This document shows positions 20,081 to 27,119 of a stretch of DNA of 54,237 nucleotides, in pieces. This stretch comes from a virus (taxonomy: Duplodnaviria; Caudoviricetes): the IMG/VR virus record IMGVR_UViG_3300046169_000074, positions 1 through 54,237 of that record. One strand, given 5' to 3'. The translations under genes were made by a program, and so were the position numbers. The number at the start of each line of letters is the position of its first letter. The stretch's first letter is position 1. The notes beneath the pieces are model-generated. The model saw nothing but the letters and a program-made list of their open reading frames with translations, was not told where the DNA came from and made no database searches.

Positions 20081-20272
20081 TTAAAGGTTTGCTTTTTTAA
20101 TAAAGTGATTCGCTACTTGTGGTATATGCTCTTTGTAATACGGTTGCTCATCTTTACACCACATACGTACCTCGTCTTTTGTTTTAAATGTTTGGTAAGG
20201 AAACGTCACTTCCAGACTTTCAATAAAGTCAGACACGTGCCAACCTTCCCAAATGTGTTTATCGTTTTTCAT
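20081..20272 (-). CDS. Hypothetical protein
   Basis: 63-aa ORF with A-rich leader after tRNA-like element A. Confidence 0.6.
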   Translation of the reverse strand: MKNDKHIWEGWHVSDFIESLEVTFPYQTFKTKDEVRMWCKDEQPYYKEHIPQVANHFIKKANL

Positions 20273-20285
20273 AGTTTTATTTATT

Positions 20286-20387
20286 TAGTGCTCAAGGGTG
20301 GATTCGAACCACCACTTCCAATTACTACTTCCGTATCTACCCGCTTAGTTCATAGTTGTAGCGCTCTATCATATCAGAGTCTTGAGC
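20286..20387 (-). ncRNA. tRNA-like element A with expanded anticodon loop
   Basis: Acceptor GCTCAAG/CTTGAGC, D-like CTCT/AGAG, GCTAC/GTAGT stem around about 29 nt, T arm GGTGG-TTCGAAT-CCACC, 3' ACTA. Confidence 0.65.
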
Positions 20388-20470
20388 CGTAAGCCTTATT
20401 TCTTCTCCATTAGACAGGATTATATAGGGACCTGAATTGCGAACCTTAAAGTTTGCTTACGTAACGTTTG

Positions 20471-20617
20471 CTGTAGGGGAAGGACTCGAACCTCCACGTA
20501 GCGGTTAGCTATAGGACAAGTTGTGCACAATGGTGGTCAACCCGCTATCCTAAAGTTTATTCCGTGATCTACACCCCCGAGACAGGAGGGCACGTCTGCC
20601 AATTTCGTCACCCTACA
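20471..20617 (-). ncRNA. tRNA-like element B: GTC anticodon, Leu-type D arm, about 78-nt variable arm
   Basis: Acceptor TGTAGGG/CCCTACA, ACG-AAATTGGCAGA-CGT, CCCTC-CTGTCTC-GGGGG, GGAGG-TTCGAGT-CCTTC. Confidence 0.75.
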
Positions 20618-20755
20618 ATTAGCTTAGAATAAACCTATCTTTTTACTAATTCCTCTTGAATTTCGTTTGTATCTTTCATAATTTTACTTTATTTTGCTTA
20701 ACTTCTACTGCCGCTATAACGAATACAGCGATTATACCTGCTATATAGTATGACA

Positions 20756-21031
20756 TTAGTCTAGTAACACCATATAAGCTTCCGCATTATTATGTCTAAA
20801 CCAGTCTAAACCTCTTCGAAGATCTTTGACAGCTTCATTATACGAGTCTGTATGTGGATTCATACGTTCAGTCCACATAGTAGCACCCATCACCATATCG
20901 TATATAGATAGTTCTATTGCGTTTAGCTTTATACTTTCTCTACTAAATGGGTTTGTACATACTGCACCTTCTGTATAAACCTCACCGTTGAACCATTTAG
21001 GTACTTTTTGTTCTTTAGTATTAGTCTTCAT
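20756..21031 (-). CDS. Hypothetical protein
   Basis: 91-aa ORF in the early cluster. Confidence 0.6.
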   Translation of the reverse strand: MKTNTKEQKVPKWFNGEVYTEGAVCTNPFSRESIKLNAIELSIYDMVMGATMWTERMNPHTDSYNEAVKDLRRGLDWFRHNNAEAYMVLLD

Positions 21032-21407
21032 TTTCTATTGAGCTTATAATTTGTAAGTGGTTGTCTAATATATTGCTTTGTATTCTATTCGCTAAGCTTT
21101 CTACAAGATAGCTTTCAACGTTGTAACTATCTACATTTATAGTGTTGTCGTAGTCAATGCTTAATTCTACGTTAATATCATCGCTGCTTAAGCTATCTAA
21201 CTCTGATTCAACGGTTTCGTAAATACAATCTTGTATCTCATCCCACTGCTTATCAGTCATAGATGGTTTATTAGCTAGTTTTAAGTCTTTATGAAGGTTA
21301 TCACTAAGCTGTTTAGCTGCGCCTAACTGTGTAGCTAAGTCTCTTATTACTTCGTCTTGTTGAGTTATTTTAAGCTCTAACTCATCAGCTGTTTTACTCT
21401 TGTACAT
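21021..21407 (-). CDS. Hypothetical coiled-coil/acidic protein
   Basis: 128-aa ORF overlapping neighbours. Confidence 0.6.
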   Translation of the reverse strand: MYKSKTADELELKITQQDEVIRDLATQLGAAKQLSDNLHKDLKLANKPSMTDKQWDEIQDCIYETVESELDSLSSDDINVELSIDYDNTINVDSYNVESYLVESLANRIQSNILDNHLQIISSIENED

Positions 21408-21591
21408 ATGTTAATCCTTTATAGTTAATCCATTCTTCAACGCCTGGCGTGTCTTGGTAGTCAATGCAACCGAAGTTGTTAGGTGTGTTACCAACCTCGT
21501 AAGGTCGCCATTTAGTAGTATAAACTATACCAGCTATCTCGTTGGTTACTAGCATTCTACCGGTTTCTTTGTTAATTTTTAGTGTCTGCAT
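21394..21591 (-). CDS. Hypothetical protein
   Basis: 65-aa ORF downstream of a class I motif. Confidence 0.6.
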   Translation of the reverse strand: MQTLKINKETGRMLVTNEIAGIVYTTKWRPYEVGNTPNNFGCIDYQDTPGVEEWINYKGLTYVQE

Positions 21592-21606
21592 TTGTTTTTC
21601 GTTTAT

Positions 21607-21641
21607 TATAATATCTTTGAGTGGTCGTATTTATATTGTAT
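21607..21641 (-). promoter_or_regulatory. Class I promoter-like motif
   Basis: ATACAATATAAATACGA-CCACTCAA-AGATATTATA. Confidence 0.75.
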
Positions 21642-21642
21642 A

Positions 21643-22218
21643 TTAAGTTAAATTATACCTGTGACCGTCAATAATTACTTGAACCTCTCTTGCGCTACAT
21701 AAATCTTTTTCTAAAGTTAAGTAGTCCGAAAGTAAAGCATCATACTTCTCTGATAAAATATCATAGTCTCTAGCTGTCTTTGTAGGTAAATTATTCATTA
21801 CATAAGAATCTATATGGTATAAAGTTTTACCTTTATAGTAATTCTTCAGTATATAGTTGGCTAAGTAAATGATTCTGTCTTCTTCTCTGTTTATTAATAT
21901 ACGCTTAACTGACTCGTAAGACTTATATTTCTTAGTGAAATTGCAGAAATATTTTTTAGTATGTAAATACTTCTTGTTAATCTGATAAGAACTATGACCG
22001 TATTCACTACAATTTCTAACGTAACCCGAAGAGTATATAGCGAATTTTAACTTTGTAGTTTTACCAGTTGAAAACAATCTCTCTGCAGGTATTTGCCACA
22101 TTCTTGTACCATTCTTTTGTTGAATTTTCGATGTAATTTCTTTAATACCGAGTACATCGAACAAAGCTAGAGCTTCGTGGTGCGACTTTACATACTCGTT
22201 TTCGTAAGTTTGTTTCAT
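21643..22218 (-). CDS. Hypothetical protein
   Basis: 191-aa ORF, no recognised motif. Confidence 0.6.
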   Translation of the reverse strand: MKQTYENEYVKSHHEALALFDVLGIKEITSKIQQKNGTRMWQIPAERLFSTGKTTKLKFAIYSSGYVRNCSEYGHSSYQINKKYLHTKKYFCNFTKKYKSYESVKRILINREEDRIIYLANYILKNYYKGKTLYHIDSYVMNNLPTKTARDYDILSEKYDALLSDYLTLEKDLCSAREVQVIIDGHRYNLT

Positions 22219-22535
22219 AAGTATAATATTTTTTCAATTCTTTCTTTTTCACTCTGGCTTAGCGTACCGTAGTACTCGTAGTAAAACTCATCTAGTGATA
22301 AATTACCGTTACGATCACCATTTTCGCTTAATTCTACAAGCAGATCTTCTGCCTTACTCCACATTTCGTCGTAATTATCCATACTATTTAGTTATATAAA
22401 ATCCTTGTTCATGGTTTGCCTCAGAAGCGTTTAGCTCAGCTAGTATTTCTTGTGCGTTTTCTTCATCTAATCCTTCTCTAATTACTTGCTCCCAGTCTGA
22501 AGTTTTGGAGCAGCATACAATTTTGTACTTGTAAA

Positions 22536-22739
22536 TCATATCTCTTTAATTTTAGTGTTAACGTTTTCCATTGCCATTCTGTAACCTGTATTCATACTCA
22601 TCTGCATGAGAAGTAAATCCATATTACCGTGATTAGCTTTAGCGAATTTCTCTAAGTAGTCTCTGTTAGGAGCTGCTACCATAGATCTTTCAAGCCTACC
22701 GAGCTCTCTGTCGATGTATTCTGTTAGTTCTTTATTCAT
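22536..22739 (-). CDS. Hypothetical protein
   Basis: 67-aa ORF with A-rich leader. Confidence 0.55.
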   Translation of the reverse strand: MNKELTEYIDRELGRLERSMVAAPNRDYLEKFAKANHGNMDLLLMQMSMNTGYRMAMENVNTKIKEI

Positions 22740-22897
22740 GACTAATTTTTATTAAGTTAATTTCTTCGTTTATCATGTCTAATCTTGACATACCTTCTAG
22801 TGTTTCTACTTCGCATTCCCAGCAAGTGCCACACTCTACTTGTTCTCTTAACGTTTCTAACGCTAGTATTAGTAAATCTTTGTTCATAATTTTAATT

Positions 22898-22941
22898 TAG
22901 TGGACATGGTAGGAATCGAACCTACATTAACCATTATGCCC
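22898..22941 (-). ncRNA. tRNA-like element C (acceptor stem plus T arm only)
   Basis: GGGCATA-ATGGTTAAT-GTAGG-TTCGATT-CCTAC-CATGTCC-ACTA. Confidence 0.6.
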
Positions 22942-23054
22942 TTAAAAGCTATGTTACTCGTCAGTAACTCCATCTCCAGCGGAAGTTTCGTGGTTCCTAG
23001 TTGCACTTAGTTCCATGTCTACTACATGGTTCCAGACCTGTGAGTGTTTTAGCC

Positions 23055-23264
23055 TTACCTTAAACAAGTACCGTAACCTTTACGTCTACCTGCTTTATAC
23101 AAAGCGTCAGCAGTTTCTTGACTAACTATTTGTATTGTGTTACCTGTCTTGTGATTGGTGATCGGTGCACAAGCATATCGCTGTGTACGTGAACAACCTA
23201 TACAAGTTGTATACCCTAAGTCTAACCGTCCTTGTGGTATCTCTGTGTTACATTTACATTTCAT
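23055..23264 (-). CDS. DksA/TraR-like C4 zinc-finger protein
   Basis: CKC..EIPQGRL..GYTTCIGC. Confidence 0.55.
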   Translation of the reverse strand: MKCKCNTEIPQGRLDLGYTTCIGCSRTQRYACAPITNHKTGNTIQIVSQETADALYKAGRRKGYGTCLR

Positions 23265-23267
23265 ATA

Positions 23268-23302
23268 AATAATATCTCAGAGTGATCGTATTAGTTTTGT
23301 GA
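23268..23302 (-). promoter_or_regulatory. Class I promoter-like motif
   Basis: TCACAAAACTAATACGA-TCACTCTG-AGATATTATT. Confidence 0.75.
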
Positions 23303-23455
23303 TTTGAACGTACTTGGCCAGTCACCACAGAAGTCATAACATGCTTCACATACGTCATCTTCGCAAAGGTGCAGAGGTGCAGAGCAAATACTACACTCAG
23401 ATGAGTTATCGTCTTCAATAAACTCAGTAAAATAAGTCTCGTTGCTGTTCTTCAT
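23291..23455 (-). CDS. 54-aa Cys-rich acidic peptide
   Basis: CSIC...CEAC read by hand. Confidence 0.5.
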   Translation of the reverse strand: MKNSNETYFTEFIEDDNSSECSICSAPLHLCEDDVCEACYDFCGDWPSTFKSQN

Positions 23456-23644
23456 ACTCTTGTATTTGTATATTTAAATACTCTATTTCCCACTCGTCTC
23501 TGTTCTCTTTGATCTTATCTGTAGTAAGTTGCATATACTTTTACTCCTTTTTTAGTTTCACAAATTAGTTTATCTTCTTTCTGTATAACCTTTTCCGTTA
23601 CTTTTGGTTTATACTTAGGGTTCTTGCTGTTTAGTTTTCTTTTC

Positions 23645-23806
23645 TTACTCATTGTCTTCAAAGCTGTTAAAGGATAATATTAGTGCCATTAATGTTACTG
23701 GTGCTACGGCAAGGAACATAATCTTACCTGTCTGATTGAACAGCATCACCATTGAGGAGCATACTATAATAAGTATTAGTCCGTAGTAAAAAGCTAGTGC
23801 TTTCAT
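23645..23806 (-). CDS. 53-aa two-TM membrane peptide
   Basis: MKALAFYYGLILIIVCSSMVMLF...MFLAVAPVTLMALILSF. Confidence 0.55.
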   Translation of the reverse strand: MKALAFYYGLILIIVCSSMVMLFNQTGKIMFLAVAPVTLMALILSFNSFEDNE

Positions 23807-23945
23807 AGTTTTAGTTTAGTTGTTAGTAAAAATCGTAGTATATATCTAATACTTTCTCTCTTTGAGCTTTCGTTAGTCTGCTCCAATGCTCGTTGAATAG
23901 TTGAAAACCTATTCTTAATACTTTTCCATTCATAATTTATAATTT

Positions 23946-24023
23946 TAGTGATAGCGTGAGAATCGAACTCACCAATACTCCAAGACTACCTGTTGTATAT
24001 ATTTCTGCGCCGTGTTATCACTA
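23946..24023 (-). ncRNA. tRNA-like element D (T arm plus acceptor-like stem, degenerate core)
   Basis: TAGTGATAAC/GCTATCACTA stem; GTGAG-TTCGATT-CTCAC; 3' ACTA. Confidence 0.6.
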
Positions 24024-24105
24024 CTTTAATAAGTGCACCTCGACTTACGATCACTACAATACTTGTTCATATTTGATTACCAGTAAACAAGTGGAACTAA
24101 CTGGA

Positions 24106-24336
24106 CTACTTCTTCCACCATGGGTTATATGGTTTCTTGTAATTTAACTCGTAGTACTTCGCGTACATTTGCTCAGCTTCGATCTTATAACCATCACTTG
24201 ACAACTTATCTATAGTGTCAAATATTTGGCGATGCTCTCGACTACCGCTTTTGTAGTCACGGTGATCGTCTGAGTAACCATAGAGCCAATCGTGTGATTC
24301 GAGCTGACTCTCGAGTGTTTGTAATAACTTACACAT
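24106..24336 (-). CDS. Hypothetical protein
   Basis: LESHDWLYGYSDDH motif. Confidence 0.65.
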   Translation of the reverse strand: MCKLLQTLESQLESHDWLYGYSDDHRDYKSGSREHRQIFDTIDKLSSDGYKIEAEQMYAKYYELNYKKPYNPWWKK

Positions 24337-24337
24337 G

Positions 24338-24577
24338 TTACTCTACAACTACTGCTTCTGACTCACGAAGAACTTTTGGTAAGTTTCCACTCGCAGTGTA
24401 AGATTTGTACTTGTCCCAGCAAGCCATTTGCTCTAAAGAACCTTTCATAATCTCGAACGCTTTGTCGTGAGAATAAGTAACTGTGTTACCGTTTTTGAAT
24501 GATACTTCAATGTTAGTATCTTTTCCGATTAGAGATTTACGCACTACGAATCTCTTTGATTTAAGTAAATTTGCCAT
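24338..24577 (-). CDS. Early protein, paralog of 25011..25232
   Basis: KRFVVRKSLIGKDT...HD...MACWDKYKSYT. Confidence 0.75.
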   Translation of the reverse strand: MANLLKSKRFVVRKSLIGKDTNIEVSFKNGNTVTYSHDKAFEIMKGSLEQMACWDKYKSYTASGNLPKVLRESEAVVVE

Positions 24578-24622
24578 AACTTATTGATTTTTATTTAGTT
24601 ATTAATTGTTTTTAGTTACGTT

Positions 24623-24657
24623 TATAATATCTACACTTGTTCGTGTTTAGTTTGTAA
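24623..24657 (-). promoter_or_regulatory. Class I promoter-like motif
   Basis: TTACAAACTAAACACGA-ACAAGTGT-AGATATTATA. Confidence 0.75.
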
Positions 24658-24747
24658 AAGTAGTAGATTTGTTTTAGTGATAATTTTTAGCTAGCAGGTA
24701 CTCCACCACTTGTCTCAATGAGCAATAATACTTCATTTAGTGAATAG

Positions 24748-24794
24748 TGTGACATTAGGCTACTAATATAGTATAGTAACAGGCAATTGTCACA
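24748..24794. repeat. 47-bp palindromic site, copy 2
   Basis: TGTGACAttaGGCTACTAATatagtatAGTAACAGGCaatTGTCACA. Confidence 0.8.
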
Positions 24795-24933
24795 GTTTAT
24801 CAAGAGATCTTATTGCTTGAAATAGTGCAATGATCGAAGTGATAGCAGTTAATAGAAAACCTGTGTGATGAGTGATCCACAAATGTGAAGCAAACAGAGT
24901 TAGGTACAGTGTAAACATGTGATACTTTTGCAT
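24790..24933 (-). CDS. 47-aa hydrophobic peptide
   Basis: MQKYHMFTLYLTLFASHLWI...FLLTAITSIIALF read by hand. Confidence 0.5.
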   Translation of the reverse strand: MQKYHMFTLYLTLFASHLWITHHTGFLLTAITSIIALFQAIRSLDKL

Positions 24934-25010
24934 AGTAATTTATTTTAAATAATTAGTAATGATCGCGTGTGATACTATGATCGCCGATGTGAGTAGAATA
25001 AAGATCGCCA

Positions 25011-25232
25011 TTAGTCAACGATCTTCATGTCTCTACAAAAAGCTGGCATTGCATTGCTATTCGTATATGATTTATACTTTGTAAAGCAATTCATACTTTC
25101 GAACCTCTCCTTGTGAGCGTTGTATACTTCGTCGTGATTATACTTCACGTTCTCACCCTTCTTGTTGGTGAATGTAATAATAGTGTCTTTGCCAATTAAT
25201 GACTTGCGAATAACGAATCTTTTTAATTCCAT
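25011..25232 (-). CDS. Early protein, paralog of 24338..24577
   Basis: KRFVIRKSLIGKDT...HD...MNCFTKYKSYT. Confidence 0.75.
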   Translation of the reverse strand: MELKRFVIRKSLIGKDTIITFTNKKGENVKYNHDEVYNAHKERFESMNCFTKYKSYTNSNAMPAFCRDMKIVD

Positions 25233-25260
25233 AATAGTGTTTGTTTATTTTAGTTACGTT

Positions 25261-25295
25261 TATAATATCTGTTGTACTTCGTTTTTAGTTTGTGA
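25261..25295 (-). promoter_or_regulatory. Class I promoter-like motif
   Basis: TCACAAACTAAAAACGA-AGTACAAC-AGATATTATA. Confidence 0.75.
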
Positions 25296-25296
25296 A

Positions 25297-25458
25297 TTAC
25301 TCGATTGCTTTTAATTTTTCTAAGAATAAGAACATACAAAACCCAGAACTGAAAGCTATTGCGTAGAAGATTGAATGCTCTGCCATGCCGAGCCATAGAG
25401 CTACGAGAGTTGAGAATAAGCAGAAGAAGAATGCAGCGTAAAGTAAGATAGTTTTCAT
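25297..25458 (-). CDS. 53-aa two-TM membrane peptide, first gene of the leftward block
   Basis: MKTILLYAAFFFCLFSTLVALWLG...IFYAIAFSSGFCMFLFL. Confidence 0.6.
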   Translation of the reverse strand: MKTILLYAAFFFCLFSTLVALWLGMAEHSIFYAIAFSSGFCMFLFLEKLKAIE

Positions 25459-25481
25459 AAGTAGTTTATTTTTGTTACATA

Positions 25482-25516
25482 TATAATATCTAATTCGCTT
25501 CGTAGCGAGATCGTGA
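25482..25516 (-). promoter_or_regulatory. Class I promoter-like motif
   Basis: TCACGATCTCGCTACGA-AGCGAATT-AGATATTATA. Confidence 0.7.
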
Positions 25517-25519
25517 AAG

Positions 25520-25579
25520 TAGGGGTGGGTATAGAGATTGCGTTTTGGTATAGGGGTGGGGTGGCTTAAAGGTAGGGGG
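25520..25579 (+). repeat. G-rich direct repeat (TAGGGGTGGG x2 plus TAGGGGG)
   Basis: Copies at 25520 and 25551; G run at 25575. Confidence 0.7.
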
Positions 25580-25634
25580 CTACACTTTAATTATATATAT
25601 ACAACATCCCTAAAAAAGGGTACCCTATAAAAAG

Positions 25635-25680
25635 TATGACATTAGCCTAATTAAGTATAGAGTAACAGGCTAGTGTCACA
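25635..25680. repeat. 46-bp palindromic site, copy 3
   Basis: TATGACAttaGCCTAATTAAgtatagAGTAACAGGCtagTGTCACA. Confidence 0.85.
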
Positions 25681-25683
25681 CTG

Positions 25684-25712
25684 TAAATAATTAGGTGATA
25701 CGTGTAACTATA
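25684..25712 (+). promoter_or_regulatory. Class II promoter-like motif heading the rightward block
   Basis: TAAA-N16-GTAACTATA. Confidence 0.55.
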
Positions 25713-25736
25713 CTACTGAACATTAAAATACATGTT

Positions 25737-25886
25737 ATGCCTTTTGGAAAAAGTAAAAGTAATTATAAAAAGATGATGCGTAAAGAGAAGCGAGCACATA
25801 ATAAAGCTGCACGCCAAACATTTCGTGAAGATCATCCAGGGGCTTTAAAAAGATTATTCGGAGCTTACAAAATAAAAAATAAATAA
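25737..25886 (+). CDS. 49-aa basic peptide
   Basis: MPFGKSKSNYKKMMRKEKR... Confidence 0.55.
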   Translation: MPFGKSKSNYKKMMRKEKRAHNKAARQTFREDHPGALKRLFGAYKIKNK

Positions 25887-25887
25887 A

Positions 25888-26667
25888 ATGGCTAAATACG
25901 CTTTAATAAGATCTAAGGATGAAATGACTGGCATTAAGAATGCTAATCACGATTTCTCTACAAACGACACAACTGGTTGGGCTGTAGGTAATGATAGTGC
26001 CGTAACTATTAGTGTGAGTGATAACAAACTTACAGTTATGGATGCTACCTCAGGTACCGCTAGTGGTTTGGGTTTCCAAAGTACTAGTTCAAATATACTA
26101 CCTCATAATTATATGTTTGAGTTATCTTACAAAATAACTGAAGTCATAGGTGAAATAACTTCTGTAACAGTATCTCAGGGTAGTGCGGGAGCATTAACCA
26201 TACCGACTACTGCTGGTGAGCATACTATTAGAGGTCGTTACCAAGCCGCTGCCCAAGGTGATGTGGGTGAATTAAAGTTCTATATCAACAGTGCTGTAGC
26301 TAATAGCGGTTTGACTTTTGAATACATATCAGTAAAGGTTATAAATTTCCTTAGTACTGGTACTCACTTGCTACCTACTGAGGGTATTATAACTGGTGTA
26401 GAGGATGACTCAATGATAACAACTGAAAACACTAACGAAATAGGTTCCGCAACCTCCTCCTTGTTGACTAATACTGGTGGTAGTGTGCTTAAAATGGCAA
26501 CACCAGGTTTTACTGAAACTATTGAGGTTTTCCACGAACCTGACTCAAGTAGAAAAGCTACAAACTCTATAATAAAAGCCCTAGCCAAAGCTAGTGAGGC
26601 TAAAGGTTTGTTTTACGATATAACAGACGAAATTAGTACAAATATAAGATACATTGAAATAGCATAA
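25888..26667 (+). CDS. Hypothetical beta-rich protein with CBM-like segment
   Basis: NHDFSTNDTTGW...EYISVK. Confidence 0.6.
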   Translation: MAKYALIRSKDEMTGIKNANHDFSTNDTTGWAVGNDSAVTISVSDNKLTVMDATSGTASGLGFQSTSSNILPHNYMFELSYKITEVIGEITSVTVSQGSAGALTIPTTAGEHTIRGRYQAAAQGDVGELKFYINSAVANSGLTFEYISVKVINFLSTGTHLLPTEGIITGVEDDSMITTENTNEIGSATSSLLTNTGGSVLKMATPGFTETIEVFHEPDSSRKATNSIIKALAKASEAKGLFYDITDEISTNIRYIEIA

Positions 26668-26669
26668 TT

Positions 26670-26978
26670 ATGGTAAAATATATTGGAATAAAGAAAGCAG
26701 TAGGTGGTGAGCCTTATTACTTTTTAGCAGATGGTATAAAATTTGTAGAACAGGTTACTAGTTCACAAGTTAAAGCGCATTTTCACAGCGGGTCTTCAAC
26801 TAACGACACTATTACCATCACGGTAACTAATGGACCTACTGATTTTACAACGCTTAGAACATCATTTATATCAGAGCTTGCTAGAATAGGTAACTTAAAA
26901 GACGGTAATTTTCAGAATATGAACTTAACTTTTGGAGCTGGTGAAAGCTTCGCAGTTTCGGGTTTTGTCGTAAACTAA
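26670..26978 (+). CDS. Hypothetical protein
   Basis: 102-aa ORF in the operon. Confidence 0.6.
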   Translation: MVKYIGIKKAVGGEPYYFLADGIKFVEQVTSSQVKAHFHSGSSTNDTITITVTNGPTDFTTLRTSFISELARIGNLKDGNFQNMNLTFGAGESFAVSGFVVN

Positions 26979-26979
26979 T

Positions 26980-27099
26980 ATGAAGAAGCGTAAGAAAAAG
27001 TCACCCTGCTGGTCAGGCTACGAGATGATAGGTATGAAGAAAAAAGGTTCTAGAAAAGTACCTAACTGCGTACCTAAGAAGAAAGGTAAAAAGAAATAA
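26980..27099 (+). CDS. 39-aa Lys-rich peptide with CWxGY...VPNCVP motif
   Basis: MKKRKKKSPCWSGYEMIGMKKKGSRKVPNCVPKKKGKKK. Confidence 0.65.
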   Translation: MKKRKKKSPCWSGYEMIGMKKKGSRKVPNCVPKKKGKKK

Positions 27100-27119
27100 T
27101 AATAAGTAAATATATAGAC

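Noticed and set aside
20747-20762. Fourth palindrome copy (agtatgacattagtct)
   Set aside because: Only one arm matches, and it is explained by a TAATG stop/start overlap
22955-22992. Hammerhead ribozyme (GAAAC and CTGACGA on the minus strand)
   Set aside because: No room for stem I between the putative cleavage triplet and CTGACGA; stem II only 2 bp; CTGACGA sits in its own hairpin
24097-24108. Pseudoknot-stimulated stop readthrough
   Set aside because: Spacer is 1 nt and another in-frame TAG follows after two codons
24960-25008. GATCGC triple repeat
   Set aside because: Corresponds to in-frame Ala-Ile codons of a 23-aa ORF; spacing irregular
13373-25516. CRISPR array from the repeated motifs
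   Set aside because: Copies are dispersed, degenerate and gene-proximal, with no regular spacers or cas genes
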